Source: Candidatus Thorarchaeota archaeon
GTDB taxonomy: Archaea; Asgardarchaeota; Thorarchaeia; Thorarchaeales; Thorarchaeaceae
NCBI GenBank assembly: GCA_029858305.1
Contig: JAOUFI010000052.1
Coordinates: 1-15,271, forward strand
Direction of reading: 5' to 3'
DNA length: 15,271 nt
Part shown: one piece after another, positions 1 through 7,835 of the stretch
How positions within the stretch are numbered: the first letter of the stretch is position 1
Layout of the letters: every line of letters starts with the position of its first letter
Program-made: the position numbers and the translations under genes
The notes under the pieces: model-generated
What the model was told of the DNA's origin: nothing
The model's input: only the letters and a program-made list of their open reading frames with translations
The model's database searches: none

Positions 1-10
1 GTAGGATGAT

Positions 11-40
11 ACTACCGGCGGCGCCACTTCTTCTCTAGAA
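11..40 (+). repeat. Direct repeat R1: core ACTACCGGCGGCGCCA (11-26) plus tail type A
   Basis: The 16-nt core is identical to 1501-1516. The tail CTTCTTCTCTAGAA matches the tail of R3 (CTCTTTCTTAAGAA) at 10/14. Confidence 0.9.
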
Positions 41-85
41 ATACTAATATCCATGATTCAATATACGTCCAATTGAGGAGTATCT

Positions 86-1441
86 ATGAGGGTTATCGGT
101 GCAATTATTATCCTAATTCTTATTATCAGTCCAGTATCACTCTTTCTTACGTTTTCATCTCAGATGGAGGGGGATTTAGCAGATCAGAGAATAACTCAGA
201 ATGTAGTGATATCGAATCTGATAGATCACGGACCGATAACGATTATTGGGGATAGTGATTTTGAAACTCAGGGTTGGCCAGGTGGCGGAAACAAAACCAG
301 TCCGTATATAATCGAGGGGTTGTCCATAATATCGAATGTCAGTTGTATCAGGATTGAGGACACCTCGGTCAATTTCGTGATTAGGAACTGCACATTCAGT
401 TCGAACAATACAGAAACACCACAGAGAGGCACATCCATTGACCTATACAATGTCACAAACGGAGTAATTGAGAACTGTACAATGTATGGGCAGAGCTGCG
501 CATTTGAGTCAACATATGCAGAACACACCAGCTTCAGAAGAAACACTGTCTATGACTTCAATGGATATGTAATAAATGGAGATTACCTAGTAAACTGTAG
601 CTTCGAAGACAATACAATGTATGACCTAATTGATGATGTCTTTCTAATACATAACGTTGAGAATTGCACCTTTTCGGGCAATCTGATTTATGATATCCAA
701 GAACCGGTTTTCTTACTTAGTGTTTCCAATGGATGTACAATCAGTTCAAACACGATTATGAATATAGAGGGCTACGGTATACTGATGAGCGATGTTGATG
801 AGTGTTTAATAACAGATAACATGATTTTCAATACAACAGGAGGAATTGGCGTAGGTCCAGTAAACAATACAATTGTTGCTAGAAATGTGGTAGAGCACAG
901 TAGAGTACACGAAGGGATTAGTATCTCAAGAGGCGAGAATTGCAATATCGAGGAGAATACTATCAGCGAAAGCAAACACCAGTCACGTTCAATATCTTTG
1001 TATGAGGTTATTGATTCCAGTCTGTACCACAATCTTGTGTTTAACAATACATTCGATGGGGTGTTGCTTCGCAATGTTGATTATTGTAACATAACATACA
1101 ACGAGATTCATGAAAATGGTCGTGTGGGTATTCGTGTAGATGAGAATTGCACAATGAATCGATTCTTTGGTAATGTTCTCTTTGACAATGCAGATAGTAA
1201 TGCGTTAGATGATGGACTTTCAAATCAGTGGGACGATGGTATAAGTATTGGAAACACTTGGGGAGATTATAACGGAATAGGAGTTTATGTAGTCCCTGGA
1301 TCTGCGGGTTCTGTAGACCATTATCCCACGGGAATTACCTCATCAAGCAATGGCACCGACAATCTGGTCTTAGTATATGTAGGAATAATTGGCGGCGTAG
1401 TGATAGTTCTTGCCCTATTGATATATGTCAGAAAACGCTGA
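86..1441 (+). CDS. Membrane-anchored right-handed parallel beta-helix (NosD/CASH-like) cell-surface protein
   Basis: 451 aa with an N-terminal hydrophobic signal and many N-x-I-x-x-N beta-helix repeats. It has an N-cap GWPGGGNKTSPYIIEGL and a C-cap NQWDDGISIGNTW...DHYP, then a C-terminal TM helix and basic tail YVRKR. GAGGAG RBS at 76-81. Confidence 0.85.
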   Translation: MRVIGAIIILILIISPVSLFLTFSSQMEGDLADQRITQNVVISNLIDHGPITIIGDSDFETQGWPGGGNKTSPYIIEGLSIISNVSCIRIEDTSVNFVIRNCTFSSNNTETPQRGTSIDLYNVTNGVIENCTMYGQSCAFESTYAEHTSFRRNTVYDFNGYVINGDYLVNCSFEDNTMYDLIDDVFLIHNVENCTFSGNLIYDIQEPVFLLSVSNGCTISSNTIMNIEGYGILMSDVDECLITDNMIFNTTGGIGVGPVNNTIVARNVVEHSRVHEGISISRGENCNIEENTISESKHQSRSISLYEVIDSSLYHNLVFNNTFDGVLLRNVDYCNITYNEIHENGRVGIRVDENCTMNRFFGNVLFDNADSNALDDGLSNQWDDGISIGNTWGDYNGIGVYVVPGSAGSVDHYPTGITSSSNGTDNLVLVYVGIIGGVVIVLALLIYVRKR

Positions 1442-1500
1442 AACATATCGGAATGAGAACAATGGCCAAAAGGCTTCCATCAGAGGTGGTGGATAGAGCA

Positions 1501-1542
1501 ACTACCGGCGGCGCCATCATTCATTTTTCACTGTAGTTAATT
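1501..1542 (+). repeat. Direct repeat R2: core ACTACCGGCGGCGCCA (1501-1516) plus tail type B
   Basis: The core is identical to R1. The tail TCATTCATTTTTCACTGTAGTTAATT matches the tail of R4 at 22/26. Confidence 0.92.
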
Positions 1543-1547
1543 GCCAA

Positions 1548-3293
1548 TTACTCTATCTTCTTGGCAGGAATCACGAATCCCCCGGAAACGTAGGCAAACT
1601 CGGTTATCTGTCCAGACTCATCCTTCTTGAAAGTAATACTCAGCAGATCCGAGTCCTTTGATTTGAATCTCATCCCCCGTACTGCTTCGAGTTCAATTGC
1701 TTGCTGTCCGGATGGTACACATATAATTGAATTATCCCCCTTTAGCGAGATTTCTACTATCTGCCCAGCGACATCATATTTTCCAAGAAGCGTCGAGAGA
1801 AATCTTTTGTCACTCATATACTTATCAGGAACTCGTCTAACAAGAATAGGTGGAACTGTATCTTCGAGTTTTATCGAGAATCCAATTACTTCACCATTAG
1901 AATCTATTTGAAAGGTGAGAAGATCCTTGAAATCTAATCGTGTTACCTCAAACTGAAATGTATCATAATGATAATGAGTCAGGGGATATTCTATTGTGCC
2001 ATACTTCACTTTGAGCTCTCCATCCACCTCGCGGAAGTTGAATGTTCCGTAGCCTGGATGATTGTATGTCCCTGCATACTCCTGCAGGTCGAACGTGGGT
2101 TTTGTATTAGTCTTTCGTAGCTTTAGGGATTGATCTCCACTTTCCTTTATTACCTTGGTCTGACTATCCTCTAGAGGTTTTAATAATCCATTCCAATCAA
2201 CGGGGTCCAGTCCTAGAATTTTATCAACTAGATGGTACATTGCAGCGACCTGAAGGTAGGAGTTTGATTGGTTCACAATAGCCATGGCTCCAATGTTTTC
2301 ATCTGGCAAGAACGCCATACGACAGGTTGAACCATCGATTCCCCCACTATGGGTAACCACTCTATATCCTCTATACATTACACCCATCCAACCAAGTGCA
2401 TAGGTATTCATACGGAATACTTTCTGTTCCGGGATATACATACTAAGGATGCCTTGAACGGATTCAATAATGACTGGATCATGAGTCATTCTCAGGTTCT
2501 CTGGGGATACAAGCTGCTTGTTGCCAACCATGCCATTGTTAAGATGAAATATTAGCCACTTTCCCATGTCATCAACACTCGCATTAATGCATCCAGCACC
2601 AGTCGCAGAGTCATTTGCAATAAACTCGCACTCAATTATGTCAAATTCCTCTTTCTGATAGTCAATCTTGTATGGTTTTGCGTAATTTGGGGTCTTTTGC
2701 ATGTCAGTCACAGAGAAGTTTGAGTTTTTCATTCCTAAAGGCTTGAAGATTCGCTTTGAAATGAATTCGTTGTAGCTCACTCCCGACAGCTCCTCGATAA
2801 TCACAGAAGCTGCCAGATACATGAGATTGCAGTACTGATACTTCATACGAATGTCTGCACTCAGGTCCAAGTATGGTAATCTATCGAGTATCTGACGGTA
2901 GGTGAATTCATCATTTATCCAAATCATTTCATGTCGGGGTAGGCCAGTTCTGTGTGACAATATATCCACGATTGTGACACGACTAGATGTAACAAAATCC
3001 TTCAGTCTGAACCGTGGAATGAATTCCTGGATTGGTGTGTTCCATTCAAGTTTTCCTTCATCCACAAGCATCGCGATTGCAGTGCTAGTAAATGACTTCG
3101 TACATGATGCAATGGGATGTGTCGTGTCCTTTGTCATCAGAAGCTTATTTGCTACATCACGATAGCCGAAGCCCTTTGAATAAATGACCTCATTATCTTT
3201 GATCGCAATTGCTGCGATCCCCGGAGCTCTCCATAATTCTAGAGTTTCCATTAGATGATTGTCAAATTTCCTAGTATCAACACTTTGCTTCAA
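1548..3293 (-). CDS. Serine hydrolase of the beta-lactamase/penicillin-binding (AmpC-like) family with a C-terminal DUF3471-like region
   Basis: 581 aa with the SxxK motif (ASCTK), LSHRTGL, YxN (YCN) and HSGG. The segment LQEYAGTYNHPGYG...LTHYHYDTF is typical of DUF3471. TTG start preceded by AGGGGA. No signal peptide. Confidence 0.9.
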   Translation of the reverse strand: MKQSVDTRKFDNHLMETLELWRAPGIAAIAIKDNEVIYSKGFGYRDVANKLLMTKDTTHPIASCTKSFTSTAIAMLVDEGKLEWNTPIQEFIPRFRLKDFVTSSRVTIVDILSHRTGLPRHEMIWINDEFTYRQILDRLPYLDLSADIRMKYQYCNLMYLAASVIIEELSGVSYNEFISKRIFKPLGMKNSNFSVTDMQKTPNYAKPYKIDYQKEEFDIIECEFIANDSATGAGCINASVDDMGKWLIFHLNNGMVGNKQLVSPENLRMTHDPVIIESVQGILSMYIPEQKVFRMNTYALGWMGVMYRGYRVVTHSGGIDGSTCRMAFLPDENIGAMAIVNQSNSYLQVAAMYHLVDKILGLDPVDWNGLLKPLEDSQTKVIKESGDQSLKLRKTNTKPTFDLQEYAGTYNHPGYGTFNFREVDGELKVKYGTIEYPLTHYHYDTFQFEVTRLDFKDLLTFQIDSNGEVIGFSIKLEDTVPPILVRRVPDKYMSDKRFLSTLLGKYDVAGQIVEISLKGDNSIICVPSGQQAIELEAVRGMRFKSKDSDLLSITFKKDESGQITEFAYVSGGFVIPAKKIE

Positions 3294-3375
3294 GCTTCAA
3301 TCCCCTTATTCCTTAGAAAACAGAATTCGAATTGTATTATAAATCAATGACAATCATCTATTTGAGTGATTTCTT

Positions 3376-3405
3376 TCTCCCGACGGCGCCACTCTTTCTT
3401 AAGAA
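3376..3405 (+). repeat. Direct repeat R3: core TCTCCCGACGGCGCCA (3376-3391) plus tail type A
   Basis: The 15 nt CTCCCGACGGCGCCA are identical to R4. The tail resembles that of R1. Confidence 0.9.
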
Positions 3406-3462
3406 TCAATCATGAGAGACTGATTGGTGTTGATGATTCTTTCATTTCTAAGTGGGGATTGT

Positions 3463-5121
3463 TCACGTCTTTCTTCTTCGAAGAAGGACAACTGCAAGAA
3501 GAGAAACGACAATTGCCCCTGTAGAAATTAAGATGATTGCATTGCCTGCAATGACTTCAGCGAACGGGCGATACGGCAAGGCATACCTATCGACAGCCAT
3601 CGCATAACCAGGAACAGCATACTCTCCAGGAAAGAGTATCTCAGTCCAATAGTTACCCATACTGACTCCATCATCCCACTGGTTGTTATGACCATTATCC
3701 TCTGCACCCTTGCCATTGTCAATGAAGTAGTTATAGTAGACCTTGTTTTCGTCAGCAGATCCTCCGAGATACAGACCAATAGTATTTCCCTGAATCGTAT
3801 TGTTTGTTATGATGCAACCAGTACTCAAACTTCCAGGACCAGATATTCCATAGTGAAAATTTCTGATAGTATTCAGATGAACAATTGAGCGATTGCTGAG
3901 GTCAATGCCAGCACTATTGGTTAATCCAGTTCCAATCAATGTGTTGTTGTAGATATAACAATTAACTCCACTATTCACAATGCCATAAGATCCGACCTGT
4001 GCGATGGTATTATGCGAAACCTCGGCATCGTTTCTTCTAGTGTCAATGTAAATACTCCCATTAATGATGTCATTATATGAAATCCTTGCAGATTCTCCCT
4101 TAGCAGTAACGCTGGTGTTGAAAAAGTGGCAGTTGGATATGGTACCATTCTCTACAAACGTTATTCTTGCTGTGGTAAAGTCAGTGAACGTGCAATTCTT
4201 GACAAAAGCGTTCCATGCAGTCTGAAAATCAGGTTCTCCCCCAATATGAAAAATCGGAGGACGATGTATTGAGGGAAATTCTCGTTCAAATGTACAATCA
4301 AGGACCTTTGTATTGTTGCTGCGGACAACCCTGAAGGCCATATCACTGTCCGATGTGAAACTGTTATTCTTTACGAAGAAGTCGGTGCAATATCGAGCAA
4401 ACAATGCCGTACTTGCGCGCCCCCCGCGGATTTCATTGTCCTCTAAATAGATACTCTCACATCTCTCAAGCCATATGTGGTATCCGAGTTCTCCAGTGTT
4501 TCCAAGTGGGTCGCAGAGAAATAGATTGGTATTGATATCGATGTTAGAAGAATAGGATATTTTCAGTCCTTGGGCATAATATAGCTCAATTCTAGAATCC
4601 GCAATTGTGCAATCATTAGAATTTTCTACCATGACCGCGGATTCGCTGCAATTCCATACTCTGCAGTTTTCAATGGTGATGGGTATCGCATCTGCTGCTA
4701 TACCCACAGAGCAGTTCAAGACATCACAGTCCTCAACTTGTGCAATTCCGCTTTGCAGAGAAATTCCAGCATATTCAAGCCAAGGTCCTCGACTACCAGA
4801 AACCATGCAATTGCGGATTGTGTAATAAATGCCCGGGCATCCAGTAATCCTAATACAGGAAGAATCCCATGCTTCATGACCAACTGATGTGATTGATAGG
4901 TCTTCTATTAGAAACGGAGCGCTCTCAGATCCACTGCCATTAAAGCCCAAGCTTATGAAATCGCTAGGAGAGGATATGAGAATCTGTGGATGAGGAACTC
5001 TAATCTGATTTGATGATGCGAAAAATGCATCTGGTCTATTGTTGAATGTCTTCGCATTGAATCCATTGGTCACAAGCATGATTAAGAGGAGCATGATTGT
5101 GAGTAATTGCTTGGATGCCAT
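3463..5121 (-). CDS. Membrane-anchored right-handed parallel beta-helix (NosD-like) surface protein, divergent paralog of 86..1441
   Basis: Same architecture as 86..1441: signal peptide, GFNGSGSESAPFLIEDL N-cap, beta-helix repeats, NQWDDGVSMGNYW...DRY C-cap, TM helix and RRRKT tail. The ORF is open to 5199, but ATG 5121 (MASKQLL) follows GGAGG and puts the signal peptide at the N-terminus. Confidence 0.85.
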   Translation of the reverse strand: MASKQLLTIMLLLIMLVTNGFNAKTFNNRPDAFFASSNQIRVPHPQILISSPSDFISLGFNGSGSESAPFLIEDLSITSVGHEAWDSSCIRITGCPGIYYTIRNCMVSGSRGPWLEYAGISLQSGIAQVEDCDVLNCSVGIAADAIPITIENCRVWNCSESAVMVENSNDCTIADSRIELYYAQGLKISYSSNIDINTNLFLCDPLGNTGELGYHIWLERCESIYLEDNEIRGGRASTALFARYCTDFFVKNNSFTSDSDMAFRVVRSNNTKVLDCTFEREFPSIHRPPIFHIGGEPDFQTAWNAFVKNCTFTDFTTARITFVENGTISNCHFFNTSVTAKGESARISYNDIINGSIYIDTRRNDAEVSHNTIAQVGSYGIVNSGVNCYIYNNTLIGTGLTNSAGIDLSNRSIVHLNTIRNFHYGISGPGSLSTGCIITNNTIQGNTIGLYLGGSADENKVYYNYFIDNGKGAEDNGHNNQWDDGVSMGNYWTEILFPGEYAVPGYAMAVDRYALPYRPFAEVIAGNAIILISTGAIVVSLLAVVLLRRRKT

Positions 5122-5290
5122 TTGCCCACTCGCCTCCGACCAGCAGATGACCTTCTTTATAGAAAAATCTTCTGGATTCGTTGGCTTTCGTTTTCTCATA
5201 TCAGAACTCTACTGGTGCTTCTTTTCTCCTGTGGAAAACCTCATTTGATTTCTGGTACTTTGTATTAGTGATAGCTGGGTGTGAAGAAAA

Positions 5291-5914
5291 TTGAGAGGCG
5301 AAACAAGCATTTCAGATTTGAGAGCGAATGGATTTTACATAGACGAGAAATGCGATGAAATTAATGAAGTACTTAGAAAGAATCCTGAGTATGCGGAGTA
5401 TGAAGTAAGACGCCAACACATAGGAGATGATTGGACCCTCGACCCATACATCATTCAAGATGAAGGTAAAGCTGAGCTGATGCTACTCGCGCCGGAGGAA
5501 GTCAATACTCTAAACGATTCCGAACTCCTTGCCTATATTGATGTGCAAATGAAACGTCTGGACTGTTCAGAGAATTACGCTCTCTTCTTACTGGCTACAC
5601 TGGTACTGGCTCCTACATCAGCGATCAACTCACTAATGGTGATAGTCTATCAATCGACCATAGACATCGCATGAGCATTAGCAACTACATTCGTACTTGT
5701 TTTTCTCACCCTTCTTTCTGGAGCTATGTACTATACAAGACGAAAAACCATGAGGACTAATAGGCGCCAAGTCGATTTGGAAGCTGCTGGGGAGAATTCG
5801 ATATTTCTTTCGGCTTTGCAAAAATTAGCGGCTTTGTCTGATAACAGTGAGTGGAAAGACCAAGAGAATAGAAAAAGACTGCAATACATCAAAAATAGAC
5901 TTGAGAGCATGTAA
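5291..5914 (+). pseudogene. Two-TM hypothetical membrane protein interrupted by an in-frame TGA at 5672-5674
   Basis: ORFs 5291..5674 and 5726..5914 are in the same frame. The 17 intervening codons (ALATTFVLVFLTLLSGA) are open and form a TM helix followed by basic residues (YYTRRK). Confidence 0.75.
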
Positions 5915-5955
5915 CTCCCGACGGCGCCATCACTCATTTTTCACTATTGGTAATT
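5914..5955 (+). repeat. Direct repeat R4: core ACTCCCGACGGCGCCA (5914-5929) plus tail type B
   Basis: The core matches R3 and the tail matches R2 (22/26). Its first base is the last base of the upstream TAA stop. Confidence 0.92.
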
Positions 5956-6045
5956 TCTTATATTGGGTGATGAGGGTGTAATCTTTCTTAAAAAGACTAA
6001 AAGGTTAAGACTAAAGTTGAATATTCCAACAAGCGGTAGTTATCC

Positions 6046-6444
6046 ATGCAATTAGAATCTATGATTCTATATTATTCATTGAATATTGCAGGACTTATTG
6101 GTCAAATATTGTCACTATTGGTATTGATAGCACTTCTCCGCCCTCTGAAAGGATCGATGCGAAGCATCGTATACGCTCTGGGTTCAGCAATCTCATTCTT
6201 TATTGGCAGTTTTTATTTGGCTTTCGTAGCAATCTTTCAATATCTCGCTTCGCCTGCAGCCAATATCCATCTTAGCCTACCACTATCATCCATCACAATT
6301 ACAGTTGGATGGCATAATATTCTTGGAGTTGTCTGTGGTTACCTGCTACTCATCATCGCTATAGTCCAATACAGGAAAGATCATACAAAGCAACTATCAG
6401 TGAATCCACTTGAATCCAATGAATCCTCCTTTTCTTTAGGTTGA
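6046..6444 (+). CDS. Hypothetical integral membrane protein (about 3 TM segments)
   Basis: 132 aa with three long hydrophobic stretches and a polar C-terminal tail. Confidence 0.7.
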   Translation: MQLESMILYYSLNIAGLIGQILSLLVLIALLRPLKGSMRSIVYALGSAISFFIGSFYLAFVAIFQYLASPAANIHLSLPLSSITITVGWHNILGVVCGYLLLIIAIVQYRKDHTKQLSVNPLESNESSFSLG

Positions 6445-6504
6445 GGGAACTGACAGATGAGAAAGAGGGTACAGCCAGAATTTTCAGATATCGACAAGTC
6501 CCTA

Positions 6505-7752
6505 TCATGGAGAATACCGATAATCGAATACATTGTCTAACCAGTCAAACATCACCTGCTGACCGCGAGATATATTGTCAAGCTGACAATGGTCATATGA
6601 ACCATCCTGTTCTAGGGTAAAGACATGAAGCATCTTGTTTTTCGAGCCAATTCTCTGCATGAATGCCCTCGCTTGCTCGAGCATGGCTTCACCTTCGTGC
6701 ATACTAACCAATGCAAGAGTGGGACATGTAATCTTGTGTACTTCTTCGGTGATGATGCTGTCCAGTTTTGGCTTCCAATCCATCCATTCAATGAAATTCG
6801 GACAGCCCCACGACCAGATGCCATAGTAGACAAGACCCCTCAACACCGGAGTGTTCTTCAACTTCTTCTCTATAGCTTTTTCCAGAAGACGGCTCGGCAT
6901 GGCTCTAAACATACGACTCATCTGACTGCTCCTTTGTAGCGCAGGTATGTCTATGAGTGGACTGTCAGCTATTAGAGCTTTAATTCTTGATTCGCCTGTG
7001 GTGACTTGAGAGGCAACATAGCCGCCATAACTATACCCTGAGAGTGCAATTCGTTCATCGACTTCAGGAAGACTTCCCAGCAGTTCGAGAGCTGCAGCGA
7101 AGGGAGCAGAATAGTTCGATCGCTTCACACAATCTGAGTAGAGATGAACTGCTCCGCGATGACCAGGATAATCGAATGTGAAGAAGTTATAGCCTCTACG
7201 CACTGCCGAGAATCCAACAGCTATCAGTATCTCCTCAGCAGAGGAATCGTTCCCACCTACTGCAAACATTGTGGGCCTCGTCAAGTCGGAGTCATCCGGG
7301 CGCATGAAGTAGCCGGGGAGCATCTTTCCCTCGTATGGAACCTCTAGTATCCGAATCTCCGGATTAAATAATGAACACGCTTTTCTGAAGGCATCAACAC
7401 TCCGACGCCAAGTTTCATGAAAACGGTGATGACTTGGAGTACATGCGTACTCAGCAGTTCTCCAGTAGTTTGAAGCTCGGAGAAATGCCTCTCTAGCACT
7501 TATTATATGCTGATCTCTCAGAGACTCATCACCAAGAGCCTCCACACGTTCTGCGAGAGCTGCCCACTCAGATATCCAGCTATCACCATCTTTTTCATCT
7601 ATTCGGCGAGCAGCATAGAGGCATTCTCCAATTTCTGCAGCCTTTTCGCTCATGAACTCTAGAGTCCGGTTGAATGCCCAATCGGTTTCTGGATCCTTGA
7701 ATATGCCAATACTTCTTGGTGCTCTCGCCAAGTCTAGTTTTAGTCGAGCCAT
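6505..7752 (-). CDS. Alpha/beta hydrolase (FrsA / 2,6-dihydropseudooxynicotine-hydrolase-like esterase-peptidase)
   Basis: Nucleophile elbow GYSYG, RASNYWRTAEY, VPYEGKMLPGY and a C-terminal DHCQ catalytic His. The ORF-track GTG start at 7782 lies inside an operator palindrome, so ATG 7752 (MARLK) is preferred. Confidence 0.85.
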   Translation of the reverse strand: MARLKLDLARAPRSIGIFKDPETDWAFNRTLEFMSEKAAEIGECLYAARRIDEKDGDSWISEWAALAERVEALGDESLRDQHIISAREAFLRASNYWRTAEYACTPSHHRFHETWRRSVDAFRKACSLFNPEIRILEVPYEGKMLPGYFMRPDDSDLTRPTMFAVGGNDSSAEEILIAVGFSAVRRGYNFFTFDYPGHRGAVHLYSDCVKRSNYSAPFAAALELLGSLPEVDERIALSGYSYGGYVASQVTTGESRIKALIADSPLIDIPALQRSSQMSRMFRAMPSRLLEKAIEKKLKNTPVLRGLVYYGIWSWGCPNFIEWMDWKPKLDSIITEEVHKITCPTLALVSMHEGEAMLEQARAFMQRIGSKNKMLHVFTLEQDGSYDHCQLDNISRGQQVMFDWLDNVFDYRYSP

Positions 7753-7767
7753 ATTGTGCACCACGAG

Positions 7768-7812
7768 GTGAGCAATGCTCACTTATATGTTAGTGAGCAA
7801 AACTCACTTATA
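7768..7812. promoter_or_regulatory. Two tandem palindromic operators with adjacent TATA-like boxes in a divergent promoter, probably bound by the adjacent TetR
   Basis: GTGAGCA-A-TGCTCAC (7768-7782, perfect 7-1-7) and AGTGAG-CAAAA-CTCACT (7792-7808, 6-5-6) lie 25 bp apart, and each runs into TTATA. Confidence 0.85.
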
Positions 7813-7835
7813 GATGTATCTTTCAGAGTATACGT

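Noticed and set aside
1496-1542. R2 as a classical integron attC (AACTAC...GTAGTT inverted pair)
   Set aside because: It is too short, the ends do not fit RYYYAAC/GTTRRRY, the pairing is not conserved in R1, R3 or R4, and the cargo genes lie in both orientations.
5763-5769. GGCGCCA inside the interrupted gene
   Set aside because: A 7-nt coding match without the flanking consensus.
11-5955. Repeats as a CRISPR array
   Set aside because: The spacing is 1.5-2.5 kb with whole genes between copies, and no cas genes are present.
7399-7410. ACTCCGACGCCA resembling the repeat core
   Set aside because: It lies inside the hydrolase CDS, needs gaps to align and has no tail.
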